A DNA stretch of 44,424 nt, taken from a virus. Lineage: Duplodnaviria; Caudoviricetes. Below the pieces are notes generated by a model. The model saw only the letters and a list, made by a program, of their open reading frames with translations. It was not told where the DNA came from and did no database searches. The stretch spans positions 1-44,424 of IMG/VR virus record IMGVR_UViG_3300020137_000003; one strand, written 5' to 3'. The position numbers were made by a program, and so were the translations under genes. Shown here piece after piece: positions 27,297 to 35,775 of this stretch. Numbering within the stretch: position 1 is the first letter of the stretch; each line of letters starts with the position of its first letter.

Positions 27297-29097
27297 GACT
27301 GTCTCCTGTCATATCAGTAAGTGCAAATCGAATTCCGTCTGACTTCATGTGAATATCGTGCTTTTCTTCTGCCAACCTGTTCTTATACTCATTGATGATT
27401 GTGTAAGTGCCGCTACGCGACAAGCCCACTGCAAAGTCAAGTTCTGCATTGAGCATCTGCGAACCGTAAACATCAGATAGACCTGAACTAAAGGTACCGG
27501 CCTGCAACTTTCGCTCGTGGTGGATGAGATAGATCGCCACGTTGTACTTATTCCTAAGTTCCCCAAGGAACTTCGTAAACGCCTTGATTGCCAACTCGTC
27601 CGTCATTGCCGTGCTGATGGACTTCTGCAAAGAGTCGATCATTAGAATGTCTGGCTTGATATCAGCCAAGAAGTTGCTGATTACTGCCTGACCTTCTGGC
27701 CTATCGAGAGGAAGTTCCGTCCCTACTGGCGCGATAAAGAAGTTACGCGACAGAGCAAGACTGTCCTTCTCATAGTGCTCTTTGAATCCCTGCATGAACA
27801 GCGACAGAGGATTGCCTCCCATCTCAAGAGACAGGACAGCAACCTTCTTCGGCCCGTTGGTGTTATTCCAAGCGAGGACCCTTTCCCGGCCAGCGGCAAG
27901 TTCTAGGCCCATTTGAAGACCCATACGCGTCTTACCTACGCCCGGCTGTCCAACAAGAATTCCTAGACCTCGCTCTGCGATAAGCCCATCTAGCAGCCAG
28001 TCTACATGAAACTCTGCTGCCAGAAATTCCTCGTAGTTGTATACGAACTTGGGAATGGCAGGTGTGTCCGAGACGTGCGACATGATGCCCGCAAGCGTAA
28101 GATCGCCGCCTGTAAGGTAGCCGATCTTCGCGCGTGCACGAGCAATCGTGTCCCGTAGAATCTTGTCCCGGCCCGCCTTTGAGCGAGTGGTGTACTTCTC
28201 CCATCGAGTATCAGCATCATTGAGAATGCTATAAATCTGCTCGTCTGTGAAACTCTGCTCAGCGCCATAGTAGGCAAGTCGTTGAAGGCTCCCGCTTCTG
28301 TGGTTAGGCGAAGCGTCAGAAGCCTCCTGCTTGGTCATCTGGAAAAGTTCCAGCATCGGACTGGACCAGTTACCGAACGCCAGAACCTCAGTAATCGGAG
28401 GGAGAGACTTGATCTCAATCCGAGAGAGAATCTGGCGCTCGGCCTGGGAGATTTCCGCAAAAACATCCGATGCGTGCTCTACGCCATTGTCCAGCACAAT
28501 AGCGACCTTGACCGGCTCCCCGGAATACCAGGGCTTGTGCTCACCCCCTGTCGCACTAGGCTTAAAGCCATAGTTAAACGTGTGAGGCAAACGCAAAAGT
28601 TGCGGAAGGTCCCAGCCACTTTTATCTGTACCACAAAGCGCGGTCAGATTTCGAGTGACGTTCTCATGCTTGTCTAGCGCTTCATCTCCTGAGACACGGG
28701 GCACGAACCAATATGCATGTTCATGCCCAGGCACAGAAGACTGCAGCACCATGCTCGGCTCGGGGATACCCTTCTCCTTGGCAAAAGACTGCCAGTCAGA
28801 GGGGGCATTTCCGTCAAAGTCGAGCCAGTGGCTATTGACGCTCTTGGCGTACTGTCGCTCAGGCTTAGGCGCATCCTTGTCGAACAGTGTGGGACAGAAG
28901 AAAACATCTGCCCCCTGGTTAGCAAGGATGACAGGTGCTTGTGCCGCACGCTTTCGGTCTAGCGGCCAGGGGAGAAAATACTGCTTGAATGAGTCTCGCT
29001 CGCCGTTCTTTAGCGAGGCCAGATAAATCTTCCCCTCTTCGTTGCCGAAGAACTTCTCCAAGTATGCGCCGACTTCCTGCACGCTTTCGTCGGGCAT
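27244..29097 (-). CDS. RepB-type primase fused to AAA helicase
   Basis: WLDFD, SS.G.EHAYW, D..QLLRLP.T.N primase motifs; GQPGVGKT, MIDSL, HHERK helicase motifs. Confidence 0.9.
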   Translation of the reverse strand: MPDESVQEVGAYLEKFFGNEEGKIYLASLKNGERDSFKQYFLPWPLDRKRAAQAPVILANQGADVFFCPTLFDKDAPKPERQYAKSVNSHWLDFDGNAPSDWQSFAKEKGIPEPSMVLQSSVPGHEHAYWFVPRVSGDEALDKHENVTRNLTALCGTDKSGWDLPQLLRLPHTFNYGFKPSATGGEHKPWYSGEPVKVAIVLDNGVEHASDVFAEISQAERQILSRIEIKSLPPITEVLAFGNWSSPMLELFQMTKQEASDASPNHRSGSLQRLAYYGAEQSFTDEQIYSILNDADTRWEKYTTRSKAGRDKILRDTIARARAKIGYLTGGDLTLAGIMSHVSDTPAIPKFVYNYEEFLAAEFHVDWLLDGLIAERGLGILVGQPGVGKTRMGLQMGLELAAGRERVLAWNNTNGPKKVAVLSLEMGGNPLSLFMQGFKEHYEKDSLALSRNFFIAPVGTELPLDRPEGQAVISNFLADIKPDILMIDSLQKSISTAMTDELAIKAFTKFLGELRNKYNVAIYLIHHERKLQAGTFSSGLSDVYGSQMLNAELDFAVGLSRSGTYTIINEYKNRLAEEKHDIHMKSDGIRFALTDMTGDSLGSFGKPPSENGGSLSF

Positions 29098-29107
29098 AAG
29101 TTATCTC

Positions 29108-29512
29108 CTAGAAGTCGAATGAGAAGGATTCCGCAATTTCGTCAAGTGGACGAGCCTTTCGCGGAGCCTCAGTATACACTGGCGGAATGTCCCCATCCTG
29201 TGCGGGGTACTCCTTACAGACGCAATTCCAGCACATGCGCTTATCCGTTAGTGGCCCCTGAGAAACTCGCTTGCCGTTCTCTCGGATAGTACGAGTTGCT
29301 CGGTGCGTATAGATTCGGCAGTAATACTCGCCGCATCCCGTGCACAACATAAAGCAGTGACGAAGAATCTTGTTGCACTTAGCGCACTCGATATCAACAC
29401 GGCCTGAGTAGTTTGACCCAAACGCAGGGTCAACACAGTCACACACAACTTCGGACCAGCCCCAGGGGACAGAAATTCTGAACGAAGCGTTAATCTTTTC
29501 TGACAGTGACAT
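29108..29512 (-). CDS. Cys-rich hypothetical protein
   Basis: AAGGAG SD and ATG 29512; several CxxC pairs; could start further upstream near 29625. Confidence 0.7.
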   Translation of the reverse strand: MSLSEKINASFRISVPWGWSEVVCDCVDPAFGSNYSGRVDIECAKCNKILRHCFMLCTGCGEYYCRIYTHRATRTIRENGKRVSQGPLTDKRMCWNCVCKEYPAQDGDIPPVYTEAPRKARPLDEIAESFSFDF

Positions 29513-29618
29513 CGTATCTCCTTGTAGTATCACTTGTCTGCTGCACCCATTGTGAAGGTAGGGCTTCCAGAACTTCTCTGGAAGAGCAGTTTCACTATTA
29601 CCCTTGTTCCCGCACCTA

Positions 29619-30170
29619 TCACACACCTTGTCGCTTCCTTTTTTGAATTGCTTCTTCGAGTTCTGCAAGTCGTGTATTAAGATATTCAGAGTAAGCCTTG
29701 TAATACTCAGCACGGTACTTGTCTCGAAGGTACATCTTAGCCGCATAATACTTCGCGGCCTTAGTTGACTTGGTCATTGTAGCGTACGCTTCTTGGACGA
29801 TACTCCTATATTCTGTACGGTACTTTCGAGCCAGGTGGCTGAGTCCGTGGTCCATAGCCTCTCGGTACAAATACTTCTTAACCTTTGAGGCTCCCTGCCG
29901 GGCCAGTTTATCCTCTAAAGACTCATAAGACTTTCTACGGTCCGGCGGTAGACCGTACTCTTCGGCATACTTAAGCCGAAGTGCAGTGTGCTCTTCCTTC
30001 ATCAACTCTACAAACCGGGCCTTAGCACGGTTTTTGTATGCGTAGTCGGGCTCGTCAGGCTGCCGGGTACGCTTAGCATCTGCCCAGCACTTTTTATAAA
30101 GTGTAGGGTACTTCTTAGCCAGGTTTCGCGTAGCCTCCTGGTATGCCTTAAGTCTCAAATTCTCAGCCAT
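29619..30170 (-). CDS. basic Tyr-rich helical protein with internal repeats
   Basis: GGAG SD; repeated L[AR].KY...Y units. Confidence 0.75.
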   Translation of the reverse strand: MAENLRLKAYQEATRNLAKKYPTLYKKCWADAKRTRQPDEPDYAYKNRAKARFVELMKEEHTALRLKYAEEYGLPPDRRKSYESLEDKLARQGASKVKKYLYREAMDHGLSHLARKYRTEYRSIVQEAYATMTKSTKAAKYYAAKMYLRDKYRAEYYKAYSEYLNTRLAELEEAIQKRKRQGV

Positions 30171-30189
30171 GATTTCTCCAAGGGGATAG

Positions 30190-30223
30190 GAAAGGGGGCC
30201 TAGTTTGTACTAGGCCCCCTTTC
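30190..30223. terminator. terminator-like hairpin after ssb
   Basis: 15-bp stem GAAAGGGGGCCTAGT / ACTAGGCCCCCTTTC. Confidence 0.75.
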
Positions 30224-30231
30224 AGGTTAGG

Positions 30232-30747
30232 TCACGACCACGAAGGATTGAAACCCGCGACAGGAGAAGTGGGCTCCGGCAGAGAGTTAGCCGTGGCGGG
30301 CTTAACACGCACACCGTCGCGCTTTGCAACAGCGGTGTAGCCCTTCTTGTTCTTGACAAGAGTCAAGACAACTTCCGTACCGTTGAGGTCACCACGAACC
30401 GGGTCGACCTCGTTAACCTTAGTCTCAGGAACACCGACCGACAGAAGTCGCTGCTTGAGCAAACCAAGGTTTCGCCGATTAGTCTGATCCTCCGTGTATC
30501 CACGGTCGTCCTTAGTCGTGTCATCCCAAGGACCCGGACGATTCGGAAGGTTGAACCATTCCTGCACCAGGTACTCATAGCCCTCGATCTTGTACTCAAG
30601 AATCAGAGCCATTCCGTAATCGTCGTGCTGGTTCAGGCGCGCGCCAGAAATAACGGCAGGGTAAGTGCCCGGCTGCGGGCCTCCCCCGCCTGCCTCAACG
30701 GCCTCGACAGCATCAGCATCAATACCGTATGCGTCAAACATTCCCAT
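30232..30747 (-). CDS. ssDNA-binding protein (DUF669-like)
   Basis: PGTYPAVI...DLNGTEVVLTL..KGY OB-fold pattern; follows Sak4-like ATPase. Confidence 0.65.
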   Translation of the reverse strand: MGMFDAYGIDADAVEAVEAGGGGPQPGTYPAVISGARLNQHDDYGMALILEYKIEGYEYLVQEWFNLPNRPGPWDDTTKDDRGYTEDQTNRRNLGLLKQRLLSVGVPETKVNEVDPVRGDLNGTEVVLTLVKNKKGYTAVAKRDGVRVKPATANSLPEPTSPVAGFNPSWS

Positions 30748-30758
30748 TTTTCTTCTCC

Positions 30759-31733
30759 TTAACTCACTGTGATATCGCTGAGGTCGATGATAGTCTCACC
30801 GTCATCCGCACTTACTGTCTCATCAATAAGGTTACCATCAATGCCCGATGTAATCGTTTCATTGATACCAACCGTGTCAGGTGGCTGAGTATCCCGTGCT
30901 TCGGAAAGTTCACCACCTGACTTCAACCAATCCCGGATAAGGACTGGAAGCGTATCCGCTGGAACAGATACCTGAGAGATGTTCAGGCGGCACTTGGCGT
31001 CAACCATGATCGACGGGTGCACCTGAGCATTTCGGATGTACTTCGTCTGTCCCGGATTTTCAAGATCGTTCTGAATCGTGCCAGTGATATGGGCCGACAG
31101 GTGAATCGGCTCCTTGACAGTCTTTGCGATCTTGGGAGAGAACTCAGGGCCAATCGAAATGATTGCCCCCCGACGGTCCTTCTTCTCGGACTGGTGCGCA
31201 CAAAGAATGACGTGGATATCCCGGTTCGAGTAGAGGTCCATGGACAGTTCACGATACCGCTGCAAACTAATCTGATAGTCAGGACCGCTCGTAAGGAACT
31301 CCGCAGACTCCTTAAGCGCTGAGCCATACATTCCTTCATGTCGATTTCGGAGGACAGACAGCACGTCCATCTCCGTCATCTTGGATGCCTCATCAAGAAT
31401 GACAGCCTTGACCTTATCCCAAGGTGCGATCTTCTGTCGAATACCCTGGGCAATAGCCTTCACGTCATCAATCGACGTGAACGGCACAATGACAATGCCT
31501 TCCGACAGGCCAGGCATGTTCTCCCAAGAAACCCAGCCCTCAGAAGTGTCAATGTAAAGGATTGTATTTCCGGCCGTCCGATCAACAAGCGTACGGGCAA
31601 TCATCGCTGCGAGGGTAGTCTTTCCGGTACCCGAAGGGCCGTAAAGGAGCACCCGGGCCGTCTTTGCTCGCTCTGTCGCAAGAGATGCTGTCTGTGCGAT
31701 CCTTGCAAGTGCTGCCTGCAAACTTTCACTCAT
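30759..31733 (-). CDS. Sak4/AAA_24-like ATPase (recombinase)
   Basis: LLYGPSGTGKTT, YIDTSEG, VILDE, ILCAH. Confidence 0.85.
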   Translation of the reverse strand: MSESLQAALARIAQTASLATERAKTARVLLYGPSGTGKTTLAAMIARTLVDRTAGNTILYIDTSEGWVSWENMPGLSEGIVIVPFTSIDDVKAIAQGIRQKIAPWDKVKAVILDEASKMTEMDVLSVLRNRHEGMYGSALKESAEFLTSGPDYQISLQRYRELSMDLYSNRDIHVILCAHQSEKKDRRGAIISIGPEFSPKIAKTVKEPIHLSAHITGTIQNDLENPGQTKYIRNAQVHPSIMVDAKCRLNISQVSVPADTLPVLIRDWLKSGGELSEARDTQPPDTVGINETITSGIDGNLIDETVSADDGETIIDLSDITVS

Positions 31734-32614
31734 TGCTGCTCAATCTCCTTAAACTCTCGTCGCTTCTTCGGCATGTAGTCTCCGTTGAGAATCAGGTTCG
31801 GCTGCCAGTTGTTGAGTTCGGCAACGCATAGGGACCGGAAGGAGCAGGAATTGCACACCATCTTGTTAGCCGTGCGCATTGCAGACCCGGACCATTCTTC
31901 AATCGGCAGATGCTTGAGCGACTGAATCCTATCGGAGACAACGACCTGCTCAAGAATAGTCTGCTTCATGCGGTCGACAGTAACCTCAATTGGCTTGAAG
32001 AGATACTTGTTGTCGACACTCTCTTCCTTCATCTTTCGATAGCGAAAGATAGAGTAGGCGGCTCTGTCTACGTTGAAGCCTACAGCCTTCATGCCCACCA
32101 TGTACTTAGGAATCTGCGGCATAAGTTCAACGTCGTGGTCCGACAAGAAATCGTACATGAACTTATGGTCAACTACCCACACGTCTCCATACAAGTCACG
32201 CACAATCAAGTCAATGACGAAAGGCATAGCCAACTTATCTGTAACTGACAGTACGTTCTCGTACTCTACGCCGAGAATCTCCCATCCGTGGAAAGGGTAC
32301 CCTTCAAAAAAGAACCCCAGGCAGTTGACTACCTCACTCATGATGACAGGAACAGTGATCGCGTATTCCGACAGGAAAGTGTACGCCGCAACCTTGGACG
32401 CTTCAAAATCCGAAGTGTCCTTCATGCTATTGAAGAAAACTTCAAGCGCTGCGTGGCCGAGTGTACCTCGCCTGAGGGAGTCACTTTCGTTGATTCGTTG
32501 AATCTCAAGCCCGTAGCCGTAGAAGTGCTGTCGCTCGCATCGAAGATAAGACTCAACTTCGGAGTGAGAAACTGTGACTCGAACTTCCTTTTCTGGAATA
32601 GAAATCTCAGTCAT
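31730..32614 (-). CDS. Cas4-like PD-(D/E)XK exonuclease
   Basis: SHS...CERQ, GTLGH, IDLI...VVDHK, Q..Y, CNSCSFRSLC Fe-S cysteines. Confidence 0.85.
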   Translation of the reverse strand: MTEISIPEKEVRVTVSHSEVESYLRCERQHFYGYGLEIQRINESDSLRRGTLGHAALEVFFNSMKDTSDFEASKVAAYTFLSEYAITVPVIMSEVVNCLGFFFEGYPFHGWEILGVEYENVLSVTDKLAMPFVIDLIVRDLYGDVWVVDHKFMYDFLSDHDVELMPQIPKYMVGMKAVGFNVDRAAYSIFRYRKMKEESVDNKYLFKPIEVTVDRMKQTILEQVVVSDRIQSLKHLPIEEWSGSAMRTANKMVCNSCSFRSLCVAELNNWQPNLILNGDYMPKKRREFKEIEQQ

Positions 32615-32835
32615 CGCGCCCTCTCGGCATTAAGGTTCTCAAGATACTCGTCGTCAATGATAGTCCGAACTCTCAAAGCGATAACCTTCCTGTGTTCGCT
32701 AGGGTTCTGCTTAATCTCCTTATCTACCTTTCGACGATAAGCCTCTGCTTCCTTCTTCGTAGGGAAGCCGTACACATTGACGTACACCTTTGTCTTGATC
32801 AAAAATACACACACGACAGCAAACTTGTTAAGCAT
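32611..32835 (-). CDS. hypothetical protein, 74 aa
   Basis: AGGAG SD; ATGA overlap with the next gene. Confidence 0.7.
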   Translation of the reverse strand: MLNKFAVVCVFLIKTKVYVNVYGFPTKKEAEAYRRKVDKEIKQNPSEHRKVIALRVRTIIDDEYLENLNAERAR

Positions 32836-32862
32836 CTCTCATCTCCTGTTCGTTGCTTCGAG

Positions 32863-32936
32863 TAGTCCTGGTGGGATTCGAACCCACACTGAGTCGATTT
32901 TGAGTCGACCGCCTCTGCCAATTGGGCTACAGGACC
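32863..32936 (-). tRNA. tRNA-Leu(CAA), short variable arm, no encoded CCA
   Basis: GGTCCTG/CAGGACT acceptor; GTCGA-CTCAAAA-TCGAC anticodon arm; GGTTCGAATCC T-arm. Confidence 0.9.
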
Positions 32937-32937
32937 G

Positions 32938-33008
32938 CTGCCCCTCTAGGATTCGAACCTAGATAAACGGCTCCAAAGGCCGCCGTCTTGCCATTAGACG
33001 AAGGGGCA
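32938..33008 (-). tRNA. tRNA-Gln(UUG), no encoded CCA
   Basis: TGCCCCT/AGGGGCA acceptor; GCGGC-CTTTGGA-GCCGT anticodon arm; GGTTCGAATCC T-arm. Confidence 0.92.
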
Positions 33009-33040
33009 AAAAGTATGAGGGCGCGTGCGCCCTCATACTT
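33009..33040 (-). terminator. terminator-like hairpin abutting tRNA-Gln 5' end
   Basis: inverted repeat AAGTATGAGGGCGC / GCGCCCTCATACTT, then a T run on the minus strand. Confidence 0.65.
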
Positions 33041-33046
33041 CACTTT

Positions 33047-33643
33047 TCAGTTGAACTTGATGTGCTCCGACAGTTCTCGCATAGTGGCAATGCTATCGAA
33101 ACAGTCAGGAAGCGCTCGATGCGTTGAAACCCGGCTGGTACTGCTCTCCTTGTATCCCGGGAGCAACTTGAAATACTCCTTGAAGGAGGACACGTCGATG
33201 TTTCGGTGAGTGAAGAACTCATCCATAAGTTCAGGAAAGTCTCGCTCAAGAAACCGACGATCGAAGTGCACAGATGATCCGCAAAGCGGGACCTTGCGAC
33301 CCTCACTCACGGACGCGAGGAAAGTGCGCATTGCCTTATCTGCTCTGCTGAGTTCTGTGTGAAAACGATCTCTGTAGACTTCGTAGTACGTATCTTGCCA
33401 ACTAAACTTAGTCTGCAACTCCTTAATGAGCCCCGACTTTTCGTGCATAGCGACAGCAGCAGTCTCAAAGGCTACTTCGCTGCTATTGGGATCGAAGAGC
33501 GTATCCCTTGAGTATGGAGGGATAAGTTCCGTGTGGTGCCCGAGAACATTGAGATCGTTGTCAGTAACAACGAATGCGATTTCGAGAATATCACAGTGCT
33601 GGTAGTTAAGCCCTGTAGTCTCGATATCTGTCCAGATCATCAT
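33047..33643 (-). CDS. orn: oligoribonuclease (DEDDh)
   Basis: IWTDIETTGL, ILEIA.VVTD, MHEKSGL, PLCGSSVHFDRRFL, IDVSS.KE, HRAL.D. Confidence 0.9.
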   Translation of the reverse strand: MMIWTDIETTGLNYQHCDILEIAFVVTDNDLNVLGHHTELIPPYSRDTLFDPNSSEVAFETAAVAMHEKSGLIKELQTKFSWQDTYYEVYRDRFHTELSRADKAMRTFLASVSEGRKVPLCGSSVHFDRRFLERDFPELMDEFFTHRNIDVSSFKEYFKLLPGYKESSTSRVSTHRALPDCFDSIATMRELSEHIKFN

Positions 33644-33645
33644 TG

Positions 33646-33852
33646 TCAGTCGTCACCCTTCGAGGTCTTGATTTCTGCCGTGCCTGCCATGTCGTAGCAG
33701 TAGGTGGCACCATTACTCATCTTGGCGTGAACGTGAGTGCGGTCACAGGGTCGCTCGATCGACTTCACTGTCGAGAACTTTCCGTGCCCCTCGTAGATTT
33801 CGGTGCCGATCTTGATCGTGTTCGGGCTCACCAACATTGTTGCCTGTCGCAT
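33646..33852 (-). CDS. hypothetical protein, 68 aa
   Basis: AAGGAG SD. Confidence 0.7.
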   Translation of the reverse strand: MRQATMLVSPNTIKIGTEIYEGHGKFSTVKSIERPCDRTHVHAKMSNGATYCYDMAGTAEIKTSKGDD

Positions 33853-33889
33853 TTTCTTCTCCTTGTTTTCTGTGATTGACAGTATTGCG

Positions 33890-33962
33890 TACCCTCGACG
33901 GGAATCGAACCCGCATACTCCGGCTTGAAAGGCCGAATGCCGAACCAGTACAGCACGAGGGC
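33890..33962 (-). tRNA. tRNA-Glu(UUC), atypical D-arm register
   Basis: GCCCTCG/CGAGGGT acceptor; TCGGC-CTTTCAA-GCCGG anticodon arm; GGTTCGATTCC T-arm. Confidence 0.85.
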
Positions 33963-34145
33963 TTAGCAGGACGCCGGTAAATACTTGATCCCTACCCGGT
34001 CTTTTATACGTACGCTCAGGAAGTGTCCGCTCCGAGCGACGGTCCCTTAATCCCTGAGAGAATAGTGCGCCAACTACCTCTCAGAGTTAGACCGAGGGCC
34101 GTTGGGCTCACCTCGGTTTATCCTCTCGACTTCTCAGTCGAGAAG
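33963..34145 (-). ncRNA. candidate structured RNA between sponge-like gene and tRNA-Glu
   Basis: run of hairpins and a possible three-way junction in about 170 nt with no credible ORF. Confidence 0.35.
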
Positions 34146-34430
34146 GTAAAGTGCCGCTCGAATGGCGCAGTCCTTCGCTTCGAGCAACTTTCGCAGGCCC
34201 GCAGACTTCTCGGCAGTTGAAGGAAGTTGCGCGTCAATCGCCTTGGCGAAACGCTCGAAGTCTCGAGCGATAGGAGTCAACTCACTCGAAAGGTGGTCGG
34301 ACTCAAAGAACTTCACGATAGGCGAGACCTTAGTTCCGGTCTCACTGTAGTAGTCGTCGTCGGAGATAGTGAACTCTCGGACGTCGACGTCAATCTCATC
34401 CGCAGAAATCTCGGAGTAGATCTTGGACAT
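34134..34430 (-). CDS. small helical-hairpin protein, Acb2/Tad1-like candidate
   Basis: AAGGAG SD; FFESDHL...FAKAIDAQLPSTAEKSAGLRKLLEAKDCAIRA. Confidence 0.55.
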   Translation of the reverse strand: MSKIYSEISADEIDVDVREFTISDDDYYSETGTKVSPIVKFFESDHLSSELTPIARDFERFAKAIDAQLPSTAEKSAGLRKLLEAKDCAIRAALYLLD

Positions 34431-34540
34431 TGTGTGCTCCTTTTTTGTCAGAGTCAGAAGATTGGTGCTGCCGCGCTTTTCCTTTCGGATAAAGCGCGGC
34501 AGCACCGTGATGGGACGCATCGTGCCCGCGACCACAACCA

Positions 34541-34569
34541 AAGGTACATGGTCGGATGACGGGTGTCAA
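34541..34569 (-). promoter_or_regulatory. SigA-type promoter TTGACA-N17-TACCTT
   Basis: consensus hexamers; upstream GCAGGGC shared with promoter 38960-38989. Confidence 0.8.
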
Positions 34570-34614
34570 GCCCTGCCTAGGAGCGCGTACGCGCCCGCCT
34601 GACGGCCTAGCGGC

Positions 34615-35004
34615 TCAGGCAGGTGTGTCTACCCCGCCCTCGCCCGCTAGGCCGGGAGACGCCGCCGCGAGCGCGTCAGGCGTGCCGTCCCGCAGGTACG
34701 CCTCGACCAGCAGGGCGGCCGCGAGCAGGTCACCTACCGTAGTGATATTTCCTGTAGGAATAAGATTCTGCGCGACAGAAATTGCAGCATGTCGACGCTC
34801 TTCTTCCAGAAGAAAAGAAGTCGCTTCTGCTTCCTCTTCAATTGCGGGAGACACGTCCTGAGCGTAGTTATCGTCGTGCGACAGAAGATCACGGCCCATG
34901 TTCTCAACGTGCTCGAACTGCTGGCCGCCAAAATCCTTGACGATGTTCTCGTTAGGATAGACGTCCTCTTCATAGATAGGACGAGGGTTATCTTCGGGAC
35001 TCAT
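34615..35004 (-). CDS. acidic hypothetical protein
   Basis: ATGA overlap with the HNH gene stop. Confidence 0.7.
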   Translation of the reverse strand: MSPEDNPRPIYEEDVYPNENIVKDFGGQQFEHVENMGRDLLSHDDNYAQDVSPAIEEEAEATSFLLEEERRHAAISVAQNLIPTGNITTVGDLLAAALLVEAYLRDGTPDALAAASPGLAGEGGVDTPA

Positions 35005-35648
35005 TGCTCTTCCAATCGGTAGGGCAGAGAAAGCCTTTGCTTCTCTGGCGTTCGCCAATACTGGGCATCCCAAGCAAGTTGCTTGTCTGACGCCTTTGTT
35101 TCAGAATCGTGGGGAAGAAGAACTCCTGACAGTGGGAGGTGTGGCATTCCCATTTCAGGACGCTCCCCGTAAAGCGGGTCATTCAAAGTGTGCCAGCGAT
35201 TATGGCAAGTCACACAAATCCTGTGCACATTATTCGGAGTGTTGTTGAGCGTAGACTTATCCGGCCCGTGATGGATAGCCCCGGGCAGAGTATCCCCGAT
35301 GGGCTTCTTTGTGTTGGCGATGATATTCCCATCGCATCCTACGATGGGAAGCGCACCACCGCCAGCGAACAGCAATCCGCTCCACTCACACGTCATCCCG
35401 TCAGTAATTGGGTACATGCGAGCGGCCCGCTTTCTGCCTGTCGAAGTCTGATCCTTAACTTCTTCGTCAGGCTTTTCTGCACGGCCTGCCTTTCGAGTAT
35501 CCAATGGAACAATACTCGCCACAGAACTCGTATTAGCATAGCAGCAGCACATGTAGAAAAAGACTCCGTCTACTGCCTCTTCTAGTCTCTCAAGCTGGAC
35601 GCACTCACCATGCCAACCTGCAATGCAGGGCTTACAATGTTCGGACAA
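35001..35648 (-). CDS. HNH endonuclease-family protein
   Basis: IHHGPDKSTLNN..NVHRICVTCHNRWH; Cys-rich N-terminus; start uncertain (TTG, no SD). Confidence 0.75.
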   Translation of the reverse strand: MSEHCKPCIAGWHGECVQLERLEEAVDGVFFYMCCCYANTSSVASIVPLDTRKAGRAEKPDEEVKDQTSTGRKRAARMYPITDGMTCEWSGLLFAGGGALPIVGCDGNIIANTKKPIGDTLPGAIHHGPDKSTLNNTPNNVHRICVTCHNRWHTLNDPLYGERPEMGMPHLPLSGVLLPHDSETKASDKQLAWDAQYWRTPEKQRLSLPYRLEEQ

Positions 35649-35700
35649 AAGAAAACCCCCGTCTACGTCGGAAAAGTTTCCGGAAAAGACGGGGGTTTTC
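35647..35700 (-). terminator. intrinsic terminator
   Basis: 14-bp stem GAAAACCCCCGTCT / AGACGGGGGTTTTC followed by TTTT on the minus strand. Confidence 0.8.
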
Positions 35701-35775
35701 TAATCCCTGGAACCGGGCCTCTCGGCCCGGTCACCACTAGGTCCCGCCGTCTTCGGCGGGAGGTCCATGCCTCTA

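Noticed and set aside
31730-32614. Cas4-like nuclease as evidence of CRISPR
   Set aside because: No repeat-spacer array or other cas genes seen; it sits in a standard exonuclease-Sak4-SSB recombination module
32863-32936. Short variable arm of tRNA-Leu as a novelty
   Set aside because: Short-arm tRNA-Leu(CAA) is already known in Actinobacteria
33860-33889. Theta/HDV-like ribozyme at tRNA 3' ends
   Set aside because: 3' trailers are short, A-rich and lead straight to SD sequences; no nested pseudoknot can be drawn
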